A stretch of 64,000 bases of DNA from Hormiphora californensis (taxonomy: Eukaryota > Animalia > Ctenophora), in assembly GCA_020137815.1 (NCBI GenBank), contig CM035350.1, positions 9,548,001 to 9,612,000 on the forward strand, given 5' to 3'. A program made the position numbers and the translations under genes. Shown in pieces: positions 1 through 12,338 of this stretch (position 1 is its first letter; the number at the start of each line of letters is the position of its first letter). Under the pieces are notes generated by a model, which worked only from the letters and a program-made list of their open reading frames with translations, did no database searches and was not told where the DNA came from.

Positions 1-558
1 TTGCTACCACTGTTGCTAACACTGTTGCTAACACTGTTGCTAACACTGTTGCTACCACTGTTGCTACCACTGTTGCTAACACTGTTGCTACCACTGTTGC
101 TAACACTGTTGCTAACACTGTTGCTAACACTGTTGTTAACACTGTTGCTAACACTGTTGCTACATGTTGCTACACTGTTGCTACCACTGTTGCTAACACT
201 GTTGCTACCACTGTTGCTACCACTGTTGCTAACACTGTTGCTAACACTGTTGCTACCACTGTTGCTACCACTGTTGCTAACACTGTTGCTACCACTGTTG
301 CTACCACTGTTGCTACCACTGTTGCTAACACTGTTGCTACCACTGTTGCTACCACTGTTGCTACCACTGTTGCTAACACTGTTGCTACCACTGTTGCTAA
401 CACTGTTGCTAACACTGTTGCTAACACTGTTGCTAACACTGTGCTACCACTGTTGCTACCACTGTTACTAACACTGTTGCTAACACTGTTGCTACCACTG
501 TTGCTACCACTGTTGCTAACACTGTTGCTACCACTGTTGCTACCACTGTTGCTACCAC
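1..558. repeat. 12-bp minisatellite (TTGCTA[C/A]CACTG)n, runs off the window start
   Basis: Direct tandem periodicity; the Leu/Thr/Pro-rich ORFs here are translations of the repeat. Confidence 0.97.
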
Positions 559-571
559 GTTACTCTCTCCA

Positions 572-1573
<1,002 letters not shown>

Positions 1574-2317
1574 TATACAGACAATACTTTTGCATGAAGC
1601 TCGGCTGCTAAAAGCATGGCATGACTTCATACTATTCTTGTCGCATATTGACCTTCTAGAATTCCAATGCAAAACACGTGCTTGTGGTGTTTTTAAAATC
1701 CCCCCGCCGCTCTTGGAAAGGAGCGGCGTTCTATATATACTCATTGCGGTGTTCATTGTTAAATTCATTCCCCCCGGTTTCGAGATCCACGTCAGAGCTC
1801 ATTTTAATATCAATTATTGTGATACAACATTGCTTTTGTTTCCTGGTAACAATGGTGAATGAATAATAGCCGCTTTATGTTTGTATCTGTATCAGATCAC
1901 TTCCCATCTTTTTGTTTTGATCTTATACCATCCCCAACCTCGAAATTATTGTTCATGTGCTAACCACTCCCACATAACTTTTGGGTGAAATTGGCATAAA
2001 GATATCTGATATCGATATCTCTTGAACTGAGCCTATTGTAACCAAGATCCCACTATTGCATCAATCATCACTATTGATACCCTAGACATCGTGGCACCAT
2101 TCAGCTGATCGCTTTGTGCAAATCATTGCAGATCATCACGTCCTGTAATTCTACCTAATATGAACTATCTAATTTGACGGAAAATTTTACTACTCGTAAC
2201 TATGATTTGTGTTCAGTGATACATCAATGAAATCCTCCTAGATCCATTGAAACATTGGGCTCCTCTTCTTGCTTATCAGTTGTAATCTAGAGGATATATA
2301 GTAGTTCATTCTTTTGG

Positions 2318-2493
2318 CTTAGATCTAACACACGTCCCTAAACTATATTTCTAGCCTAGATCTAACACACCCCTAAACTATATTTCTAGCCTAGATCTAA
2401 CATCCCAAACTAGCCTAGATCTAACACACCCCTAAACTATATTTCTAGCCTAGATCTAACATCCCAAACTATTACTTCTAGCCTAGATCTAAA
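2318..2493. repeat. Imperfect ~37-bp tandem repeat (CTAGCCTAGATCTAACACACCCCTAAACTATATTT)
   Basis: About 5-6 copies of the core TAGATCTAA with variable spacers. Confidence 0.85.
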
Positions 2494-2538
2494 GCCTGAG
2501 AGGTGAAATATGTGTCATGATAGGACAGTGTACAGATA

Positions 2539-4407
2539 ATGGTCAAAAGTACAACCTTACTTGTCTGGTAAGTAACACATTCTGATCATATCTTCTCTGA
2601 AGAGATGTCCTCTCCACCCCCCCCCCCCCGCCCGCCCGAAAGGATTTTGTTTGTTTTGCTCACACTGACCCTCCCACCAGGATTTTGTTAACGCTAGTTA
2701 GTATCCCGACGCTTCTCGTAGTGGAGAGTACGAATATAATACCAACATTGGAACAGTATAACGCCATCCAATCGGCCTCAAAAACATCTGGTTTCCTTCA
2801 ACTTGAGTGTTTATCGCGTTTGCAAAGGAAAAACGAAAAGTTTGATTACGAAAAACACGGCCCTTGTAAAATAGAAATTGAGGACGAAGAACTCATGGAG
2901 GTGAGATATTAGAAATAATGTCATGTGAGATATATTATATTGAGATCAATGTCAATAGTGCTTGGCATATTGATATCAATTCTGCAGTATAGTGCTTGGC
3001 ATACGTGCAGCTGTAGGCCCCCTGTAGCACATGCCAACTGTTGTAGTGCTGTAACTCTTCTCCCATATTATTATAGCTGACTACTGGTAAATAAGGGTTT
3101 CACTATAAATTATTCTTTATTTCAGATTCTCATGATAGACAGGGAGGAAGCAGGGAACAGTAGGAAGCAACGAGTAGTATGTAGGTGTAGGAAAGCAAAA
3201 GCAAGGCGGAAATCTGATAAGAAGAGAGCAATGCTTGATGGATTCGTGAACCCTCCTTCAACAAAGAAAAAATTAAGTAAGTTATTTGATCATTGTCAGA
3301 CATAACCAATGGTTATGCCTGACAATAATAAAATATTAACCATTTTTGTTTATCAGTTTTCTGTTGTTTCCCCAAAGTTATTATTATTATATTACACACT
3401 TTTCTTTCAGGAGCTAAATTAAAAGTCTGCAAGAGATGGCTGTGTTACACGTTTACCAATGGCCGGAAAGAGTTTAACGAAGAAGAGGCTTTTGTCATGG
3501 CTGAGGCAACCTATATCGAAGTAATTAATTTATTAGTATTTTCACCAATTGTATTATGTATAGAAATTTCACAGGATACTTATATTAGCCCTTAGTTGCC
3601 GTTTCTTTTTTCCTGAACGCTTTAGGAGGCTCCAAAACATTTGCAATTCGTGTATTAAAATTTGGTGTTTCTCAATACCACGTACTGCACATATCAGTCA
3701 TTATCACCTATCCCTTTCTCTCTCTAGTCCCTGGGCTTAGCTCTATAAACTAGATGCAGCAAAGCTTGTTTGTTTTACAGACATGATCGGCGGGGCCTTT
3801 ATCCTCTTATATTTATCAGGTAGCTGGCAACAACACAGTCTGCATGCGCTCTGTAATATCAGACAGTTTCGGTAGACTACCAGCCACAATAATATACGGG
3901 ATATTGTCTGTCGGGGCCAGCTGCGTTTCAAATTATTAGTTAACCGCTCTAAATTTTAAGCTGCTCGGTCCCCTGCAGGGTTTTAGGTAGAATTTATAAA
4001 ATATACTGATTCCCTTCAATAAAGTCGTAATTTCCTGACTAAAATTTCCGTCATAATGTCGTATACAAATTAAATTATGTCCTCAGCATATCGATATTTT
4101 TTAGGGAAAGGACAGTATTGAAGGGACATCTCTTAGTAACCTTACAAACAACGCTAGAACTTTCTTCTTATCTCAAATCGTCCCATCACGTTACGATTAA
4201 AGTTCCACAATTGAGTTTTTAACAACTAATCTCCCTCCAGGCACTGTCTGGCGTCTGGGAAGTGTGCGTGGATACACCGGACCCTGATGTCCCACCCTGT
4301 ACACTACTCTATAGTGGTGTTCAAATGAGACCTCTCCCGGAGGAGGCGCCTTTCAGAGTCACCCGATTCCGGCAAAACTCCCCACCAGCACCGACCCTTC
4401 ACGGGGG
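2539..4407 (+). CDS. Uncharacterised secreted protein (5 exons); last exon interrupted by a retroelement
   Basis: Exons 2539-2567, 2681-2900, 3126-3276, 3411-3520 and 4241-4407 have GT-AG boundaries and compatible phases. N-terminus MVKSTTLLVWILLTLVSIPTLLVVES is signal-peptide-like. No family recognised. Confidence 0.7.
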
Positions 4408-6051
4408 TCACTTATTCACTTCTCACATATCACTTATTCACTTCTCACATATCACTTTCACTTCTCACATATCACTTATTCACTTCTCACATATCACTTA
4501 TCACTTCTCACATATCACTTTCACTTCTCACATATCACTTATCACTTCTCACATATCACTTATTCACTTCTCACATATCACTTATCACTTCTCACATATC
4601 ACTTCACTTCTCACATATCACTTTTCACTTCTCACATATCACTTATCAGTTTCGTTTGAAAAGCTCGCTTCTGATAATTTTTTGATCTTCCACCGTTGTA
4701 CACGCGAACGAGCATGGCCTCCAAGTTGGATCGTGCCTTCACTATCTGGCGGAATGGCGGCCCGGGCAACAGAGCTACTACTGCTGATTACAGCCGGCTG
4801 GAGATGTCCATCGTATCTACCTTGAGACGAGTCGGTGGGTACCCTGACCCTAACAAGGAAGGTGGCACATTCGACCTGAACAAGCTGACCACCACCTATC
4901 TCTCAACTCTAGATACCAACAAGAAAGTTAGTTTTATTTCTGATATGGCGGGCTTACTTTGGTATCGTGCTCTCCCTCTCAGTCGGTTAGCTAAGAAGAA
5001 CTTGTCAGATGACATGCGATCGGTTCAGAACAGTTCTGTGTGTAGCGATGAATCAAAAGAGAAGGTAGAGAAGCTTATGGAGCATCTGGACCACACCCGA
5101 GACCGTCTTGACAGTGCTACAGATCTGTTATTAGAACGTGATTCCAAGATCATTGAACTGCAATCAGAGATCAGTGCCCTGAAAGACTCGATCATATCCA
5201 TGAAAGATACCATGCTAGAGAAGAGCGTGGCCGCTGTACAGACAGTTGTAAAGGACGAGATTCAGAATTACTCTGCTGTTCTCCAGACAGCTGCTACTGC
5301 TGTGAACCAGACCTGTGTATCTGCCCTTGCTCCCAGCAAACTACGAACAGCAATTGCCAGCGCTTCAGTTGATCGTAGTAACAACCTGATGGTGTACGGT
5401 CTGCCAGAGAGTGACCAGCTAAGCGACAGTACTTTAGTCAAGGATCTATTTGAACATTTGTCTGAAGCGCCAGTGTTATCAGAGGTGGCACGACTTGGTA
5501 GGAGAGGTGGTGAGGGAGTGCGGCCAGTGCGGGTGGTGCTGAGGAACAGAGAGATTGCTAGGACTATTTTGGGGAAATCAGCGATGCTGAAGGACTCTGA
5601 CCAGTATCAGTCAGTGTTTATTGCACCGGACAGATCAGTAGAAGAGAGAGCAGAGAGAAAAGAATTAGTTACTAAACTGAGAGAGAGAAGAGAAAATGAA
5701 CCTGATAAAGTGTGGAGGATTAGAAGAGGCTATATTGTAGAGAGTGAGACGTGAGAAGTGTTGCGAGAGATTAGAGAGATAGAGATTAATGAGTTAACTT
5801 TTTGAGATACGGATTTATTTTATGTTTTATAATTTTTTATGGTTTTCAGTTTTGTAAAGACATAGTGCGGACCAGGGTGGGGTAGCAGGTTCAAAGCACA
5901 CAAAAGACCTAACCGTCTTCGTGCTAACGACCCTGTTACGCCACCCTGAATCCTCACTCAGTTTGGTCTGTGTGGCTGGTTTGCTTCCTATTATAATATG
6001 ATTATTTCGGCGCAATGCCACTGCCAGCGGCAGTTTTGATTGATTGATTGA
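4408..6051 (+). mobile_element. ORF1-only non-autonomous non-LTR retroelement, copy A
   Basis: 5' TCACTTCTCACATA tandem array, single ORF, ~300-nt 3' UTR and (TTGA)4 tail; homologous end-to-end to 9730-11224. Confidence 0.85.
4714..5754 (+). CDS. LINE ORF1p-like protein (coiled coil + RRM + CTD), 346 aa
   Basis: ATG at 4714; heptad region followed by the motifs RSNNLMVYGLPE, RPVRVVL and VFIAPDRSVEERAERKELV typical of L1/CR1/L2-type ORF1 proteins. Confidence 0.85.
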   Translation: MASKLDRAFTIWRNGGPGNRATTADYSRLEMSIVSTLRRVGGYPDPNKEGGTFDLNKLTTTYLSTLDTNKKVSFISDMAGLLWYRALPLSRLAKKNLSDDMRSVQNSSVCSDESKEKVEKLMEHLDHTRDRLDSATDLLLERDSKIIELQSEISALKDSIISMKDTMLEKSVAAVQTVVKDEIQNYSAVLQTAATAVNQTCVSALAPSKLRTAIASASVDRSNNLMVYGLPESDQLSDSTLVKDLFEHLSEAPVLSEVARLGRRGGEGVRPVRVVLRNREIARTILGKSAMLKDSDQYQSVFIAPDRSVEERAERKELVTKLRERRENEPDKVWRIRRGYIVESET

Positions 6052-6054
6052 ATA

Positions 6055-6148
6055 TAGGTCTCCCCACCAGCACCCACCCTTCACGGGGGATGATAGAGGT
6101 AGGTCTCCCCACCAGCACCCACCCTTCACGGGGGATGATAGAGGTAGG
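6055..6148 (+). repeat. 45-bp tandem duplication of the exon end and a GAG|GTAGG donor-like site
   Basis: Two units CTCCCCACCAGCACCCACCCTTCACGGGGGATGATAGAGGTAGG; the first 30 nt match 4378-4407 with one mismatch. Confidence 0.9.
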
Positions 6149-6793
6149 CCTCGAGGTTGTTATTTTCTAACCCTTCTTTACACTTGTAAACAGGGTCGAG
6201 CAAGTCTAGTTCGAGGAGCTGTTTTTTGAACGTTTGATCTTATCTGGTTTGATTTCCGACAGTAAATAACAACACTAATTTACAGGCTGATTGGCCATGA
6301 CAGAGCCTATAAATGCAAAACTCCAAGAGAAGAAAGACAAGAAGAGACACCATAAGACGATGCCATGTGAATGAGCAGTCAAAAAGCTGATACCGAGCCG
6401 CTGAAATATAGGTGAAGAATCATAGGAAATTTATTGAAGATGGACATTGTCAGATGTTTGTTTGTCCCGCGGTGTCCACTCGTTATTACAAACTATGTGT
6501 CGCTGCGAGTTTTTATAATTTATTGCGTATTGTGCTGTAACCTATATATATAATGTGTATGGTGCTATTATTATAGTAGTATTATACCCCATAATGGTAC
6601 ACGATACACTTGTAGTTGTGTTGATACACTGTCAGAGCATTGGCCTGACCCTATCCTCATTTCGAGAACCGCGGTCAGAGCATTGGCCTGACAGTTGAAA
6701 CATGTGTTTTCATTCAACTCGATTTAGGAGATCATTGTGAGACAATTGCCAAGTTATCTAATTGCCAACTGTACAGATTTGTAGTAAATTCGC

Positions 6794-7017
6794 CCAGCCC
6801 CATTGTGTGTGGTGTGGCGACCCCAATTTGACAGTGCGCTCAGATCGGGTCGGCGGCGCCAGACAGCCCCATGTGTGCTGTATGGCGACCCCAATTTGAC
6901 AGTGCGCTCAGATCAGGTCGGCGGTGCCAGACAGCCCCATGTGTGTGGTATGGCGACCCCAATTTGACAGTGCGCTCAGATCGGGTCGGCGGCGCCAGAC
7001 AGCCCATGTGTGGTGTG
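6794..7017. repeat. ~68-bp tandem repeat, 3 copies
   Basis: TGGCGACCCCAATTTGACAGTGCGCTCAGATC(G/A)GGTCGGCGG recurs three times. Confidence 0.9.
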
Positions 7018-8158
7018 GATTTTATTGATATATACCTCTCTCTATATACGATGTTCAGAAATTATCCTGTTAAACTAAAACTGAACTTGTTTTACTTTTA
7101 AAATGAACCTGCGAAAAAGCATGATGATGTATCATTGTCAATCACAATGAAAGTTTGTGATCAGCCCGCAATGCGGGCCCCACATTGCATTTTTGGTCAA
7201 ACCCATCAAAGCATCTTCATTCCTCGTTTTGTGCCAACTAAAATCGTATACAATTCTACAACCCAGAAGAAAGAAAATAAAGATTAGCATGGCTGATGTG
7301 GTAATTTCAAGTATATAAATTGTTTTGAATTCCTTCCAAAGAAAAGACCCTAATATGACTCTTTCAATTCCGGTCCAAAATCTTGTAATCTTGTAATATT
7401 CTTCACACAGATACTGCACAGGTGTCAGTTCCTGACAGAGCCCCCCTCTCCCTGGATACAAGTGGTAACTGGTATCCAAAATGAATATCAGGATGTAACA
7501 TGTTATTCTGGTTCTTTAACATACCCGGATGTTCTTCTTCAGCCGGGAGGAGGCTCTGGAATTAATGATAAACCGGGACACGTGGATCGGTTATTGCATC
7601 AACACTCGGCCTCTCCGGCCGCCTTAGGTCAAAAAAGTGGTTCTTGTTATTTTTAATTTTTAATTTTGGTAAGTTCCTCTCTGGAACTTGTTTTCGCGTT
7701 CATTCTGAGTTCAAGAGATTTGGTGCGCTCTTGATTGTGGTTCCTTCTGGGTGTGGTTCGCTCTTGGATATGGTCTCTTCTGGATGTGGTTCGCTCTGGG
7801 ATATGGTCTCTTTTGGATGTGGTTCGCTCTTGGAGGCTCTTGGACTTTATTATGGTTCACTATCCAAAATTAAATTGCCATTCTGAGTTCTGACGGGCTG
7901 TGACGCTCTGCTTTTGCTTCTAAAACTTAAACCACCAAAAACGGGAAACATTTCTGATTTCGAAAAAAAAAACAGATTCTAAAATTCACAAATTCAAATA
8001 AGATATTTTGAAATAATGTACAGAATATGATTGTAACGCGCGAATTTTTAAAATTAAGCGATGCAAATACGCGCGCACGAACTGAACTGACCGGCGCGGT
8101 CGGATCTCGACTTTTTCAAACTTTTAAATTTTCAAATTTTTGGAAATTTCAAACTCCG

Positions 8159-8376
8159 TAAAGTCGGATTTTTTGAAACTGTCACCCCCCTGGGTATTTT
8201 CAAATTTCGTAAATGACCATAAATCCGGTTCCTGACGAGATAGAGACTTGAAATTTGGAGGTTACGAAGATCTTGCTAAGTTCTTCCGAACCTCAAGTCT
8301 CTATCTTATCAGGAACCGGAGATATGGCAAATTTTGTTATTTCAGGGGGGTGACAGTTTCAAAAAATCCGACTTTA
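8159..8376. mobile_element. MITE with TIR (TA)AAGTCGGATTTTTTGAAACTGTCACCCC; relatives at 12097-12224 and 50024-50175
   Basis: Long terminal inverted repeats flanked by TA; the same TIR is seen at three loci. Confidence 0.85.
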
Positions 8377-8411
8377 GTCCGTAATCACTTTTTTGAGGCA
8401 TTTGCAGCGTT

Positions 8412-11400
8412 ATGGGACACGTAAGGGAACTCCGAAAGGAAAATGAAGAAGACACTCAAAATGTAAGTTATTTAATTACTAATTTTGGCCGGTTTATTAC
8501 CGAAAACAGACTTATAAAGTTACCAAAATTTTAGCGTGGCGCTCTGGGAGAGACTCTTAAATCGCTTCTTTTCGTTCTTGGTACGGCGATTCTAGCTACT
8601 ATTGCTGTTCGAAACTCTGTGAACCCGTAAGTAAGGCCTATATGCCCTAAAAATTCCTTTAGTTACCGACCACCTCCTTGCCACTATCTCCATAACGGTA
8701 CGGTTCCTGATTTTTGAGGTCACATCGATATTTTGCTTTCAGACTCCTTATTCATGTTTACTGTCTAGGTACATTCACAAAATATGGGGTGCCTCTCATG
8801 ACTTTTGGGGCGAGCTCTGGAACAGGATTTACGATTTGTTCGGTCGCAACGATCACCTCGTCCACCATCTCGGATCAGCTCTCTCATATTCATCATGCTT
8901 CGTGGTGTTCAATGCTGTTTTCTTGTTATGCGACGTCACAAGGAAACCAACCTGGCTCCTGAAATACAAAGTTCAGGAAGGCAAAAACGAACCGGTAAGG
9001 AACAACTTGACTGGTCAAAGCAGTTGAGAAGAAGTGGGGAGTATATGGGGATGAGGAGAGTCCTACCATCTGTATTTAATTTAGTGGACCAGAAGAAGTT
9101 GTGGAGCTGTATCAGAACTTCTGCGTTTAATTTATTAGTAGTCAGTCCAGTGGTTACACTTGTTCTCTACCCTATGGCTCTGGCCCTGGGTTCTTACCAC
9201 AAGGGCCAGTTACCAACATTCGAACGACTGCTTGTGGAATTTGTTGTTTTTACTTTGGTTGAAGAAGTGATGTTTTATTACAGCCACAGGTAACTTGTTT
9301 AGGTGTTCCATGGGAACCGGGCAGTTATTATTAACTATGGTTGCGCCTAGTTCGAACTTCACGAATTAAAATACCCCATAGGGATTAGGGGTTGATGTAC
9401 CCGTCCAAGGTAACTCCAATAACCATTATGATTTGTCTCTACAGGTTGCTCCACTCGCCCCGGTTCTATGCCAAGTACCACAAGAAGCATCACGAATGGA
9501 CTGCCCCCATTGGTATTACTTCTATCTACTGCACACCACTAGAAATGGTCTGCTCCAATATATTGCCTTCCATTATGGGACCTATGATAATGCAGTCACA
9601 CATCTTCGTTACATGGCTCTGGTTAGTTACACAGTTACACAGCTATAACACAGTTACCAGTTACACAGTTACACAGTTGTCATGAAAACAATACACAGTT
9701 ACACAGCTATAACACAGTTACCACAGTTATCACTTCTCACATATCACTTATCACTTCTCACATATCACTTTCACTTCTCACATATCACTTATCAGTATCG
9801 TTTGAAAAAGCTCGCTCCTGATAGTTGTTTGATCTTGCACCGTTGTACACAAGTACGTACATGGCCATGAATTCCAAGTTGGATCGTGCCTTCACTACCT
9901 GGCAGCTGGGGTGCCCGGGTGACCGTGCTATCTCTGCTGATTACAGTCGGCTGGAGTCGTCAATTATATCTACATTGAGACGAGTCGCTGGGTACCCTGA
10001 CCCTAACAAGGAAGGTGGCACGTTTGACCCGAACAAGCTGACCACCACCTATCTCTCAACTCTGGATACCAACAAGAAGGTCAAGTTTATTTCTGATATG
10101 GCGGGTTTGCTTTGGTATCGTGCTCTCCCTCTCAGTCGGTTAGCTAAGAAGAACTTGTTATCAGATGATACGAGGTCTCACAACAGTTCTGTGTGCAGCA
10201 ATGAATCGAAAGAAAAGGTAGAGAAGCTCATGGAGCATCTTGACCACACCCGTGACCGTCTTGATAGTGCTACAGCTGTATTACTAGAACGTGATTCCAA
10301 GGTCATTGAACTGCAATCAGAGATCAGTGCCTTGAAAGACTCTATCATATCCATGAAGGACACCATGCTAGAGAAGAGTGTGACTGCTGTACAGACAGTT
10401 GTTAAAGACGAGATCCAGAACTACTCTGCTGTTCTCCAGACAGCTGCTACTGCTGTGAACCAGACCTGTGTATCTGCCCTTGCTCCCAGCAAACTCCGAA
10501 CAGCAATTGCCAGTGCTTCAGTTGACCGTAGCAGTAACCTAATTGTGTATGGCTTGTGTGAGGATGAGAGGAGCAGTGACAGTGACAAGGTGAAGGAGCT
10601 GTTCGAGCATCTTGTGGAAGCACCAGTTCTTTCGAAGGTTGAGAGGCTGGGGAGGAGCAGGGAGGAGCGTGCACGGCCGGTGAAAGTGGTTTTGAGGAGC
10701 AGTGAGAGTGTCAGGGCTCTCCTGGGCAAGGCATCACGGCTGAAAGAGTCAGAAACTTTCCGTTCAGTGTATGTGGCTCCTGATAGAACTTTAGAGGAGA
10801 GAGTAGAGAGGAGATTATTAGTAGCTAACTTGAGAGAGAGGAGAGAATCAGAGCCAGAGAAAGTGTGGGTTATTAGACAGGGATCGGTTGTGGGAACTGC
10901 GAAAACTGAGAGTGATTCTGATGTGTGAGAAGTCAGAGTTGAGAGAGTGAGAAATTAGAGATTTTAACATTCTTCATCCTTCTGCCCGTATATTCACAAT
11001 TCACATCCTATCGTTTTTGAAACCGTTTCTTGTAAGGACATGGTGAGGGCCAGGGTGGGGTAGCGGGGTCAACGCACACAAAAGTCCTTACCCGACTTCG
11101 TGCAATTGATCTCGTTACGCCACTCTGAACCCTCACCCAGTTTGGTCCGTGTGGTTCAGTTTTCATGATATTATATGTTTAATTGCGGCTCAGTGCCACT
11201 ACCCACCGTGGTAGCTTTGATTGACCAGTTACACAGTTACACAGTTGTCAGTTACGCAGTTACAGTTAGTAGTTACACAGTTACATAGCTACACAGTTGC
11301 ATGCATCGTCCCCGGTTTTACTTCTCACTCGCCCTAGGTATGCTCTGGTTATATTCTCTACAACGCTAGCTCACGGAGGTTATCATGTACCCTTCCTCTT

Positions 11401-11884
11401 CTCCCCTGAAGCACATGACTACCACCACAAAACGTGAGATACCAAATGAGATAACTGTCGCCCCATTTTAATATCGTTCTAACTTTCTCCGTGGTTTGAT
11501 AAAGCTGGCACATATTTATCGCATGACATTTAGAATTAGGAACCGGACGTTTTATCCAAACCGGTCCAAACCGGTTCGAACAGTGAAATACTCAACCGAA
11601 AAACGCGAAACTAGGAAACATGTCGGTTCAGTTATGACCGGTTTGGACCGGTTTGGATAAAACGCCCGGTTCCTATTTCAAATCTAATTACCCCTGACAT
11701 CAGGTTTAATTGTTGGTTTGGCACCGTTGGTATTCTTGATAAACTTCACAAAACTGATAAACCTTTCTGTGGAAGTATCCATGAAGTCCGACACTATGTT
11801 TCCTTCAGCCTGACCCCTGTTAAGGAGCTTCATCCTGACCCCAAGGATCGTCTTGCTACTGCCTCGTGCACCAAAGTAGAGTGA
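8412..11884 (+). CDS. FAXDC2: Fatty acid hydroxylase domain-containing protein 2 (sterol desaturase family)
   Basis: 7 exons (8412-8462, 8535-8626, 8770-8994, ~9084-9289, 9445-9621, 11338-11433, 11704-11884). His boxes FYYSHRLLH, YHKKHHEWTAP and HDYHH, plus KYKVQEGKNEPVD. One acceptor needs a 1-nt correction. Confidence 0.9.
9730..11224 (+). mobile_element. ORF1-only non-autonomous non-LTR retroelement, copy B, in a FAXDC2 intron
   Basis: Same 5' repeat, ORF, 3' structure and TTGATTGA end as copy A; embedded in an intronic (CAGTTACA)n tract. Confidence 0.85.
9861..10928 (+). CDS. LINE ORF1p-like protein, 355 aa
   Basis: ATG at 9861; paralog of 4714-5754; motifs NLIVYGL, RPVKVVL, VYVAPDRTLEERVERR. 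Confidence 0.85.
   Translation: MAMNSKLDRAFTTWQLGCPGDRAISADYSRLESSIISTLRRVAGYPDPNKEGGTFDPNKLTTTYLSTLDTNKKVKFISDMAGLLWYRALPLSRLAKKNLLSDDTRSHNSSVCSNESKEKVEKLMEHLDHTRDRLDSATAVLLERDSKVIELQSEISALKDSIISMKDTMLEKSVTAVQTVVKDEIQNYSAVLQTAATAVNQTCVSALAPSKLRTAIASASVDRSSNLIVYGLCEDERSSDSDKVKELFEHLVEAPVLSKVERLGRSREERARPVKVVLRSSESVRALLGKASRLKESETFRSVYVAPDRTLEERVERRLLVANLRERRESEPEKVWVIRQGSVVGTAKTESDSDV
11537..11675. mobile_element. Small hAT-like MITE in a FAXDC2 intron
   Basis: TIR TAGGAACCGG(A/G)CGTTTTATCCAAACCGGTCCAAACCGGT; degenerate 8-bp flanks TTTAGAAT/TTTCAAAT. Confidence 0.8.
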
Positions 11885-12338
11885 GAGTATGAGAGGTTGG
11901 AAAGTTTTAAAATGAGACGTTTTGTGGAAATGTTTAAATGGAGATTATGTTTTGTAATAGATAACTTTATTCCGATATGCTTTATCATGTTTAAATGTTT
12001 ATACTTTATACGCTTTTGATAATATATGTGATATATGTGTGTACAAATTGTTGTTATGATTTATGATAAATTTTCTTTATGAATCGGCTGTTTATGAAGT
12101 TGGATTTTTTTGAAGATGTCACCCTCCCCCTTCTTCTCGTTCGCTCGTTTTTGTGTGCCTATCAAAAGTTGATGGATATCACATGCGCATGAATTTGGGG
12201 TGACGACTTCAAAAAATCAGACTTAACTCGTCAACTTTCATCTTATACTTAGGTACCACAGACGTTTTACTTTTACTAATTGACTAGGTCATAGAATAAC
12301 GAACCATTTTATAGGGTGTAAAATTCGGCAGACTATCC

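Noticed and set aside
1-471. Leu-rich ORF and the SLSL/ERER/RQTD ORFs across the window
   Set aside because: Translations of mini- and microsatellites
5864-6051. Hammerhead/HDV ribozyme or SECIS in the element 3' UTR
   Set aside because: No CUGANGA/GAAA core, HDV nested pseudoknot or SECIS quartet could be identified by eye
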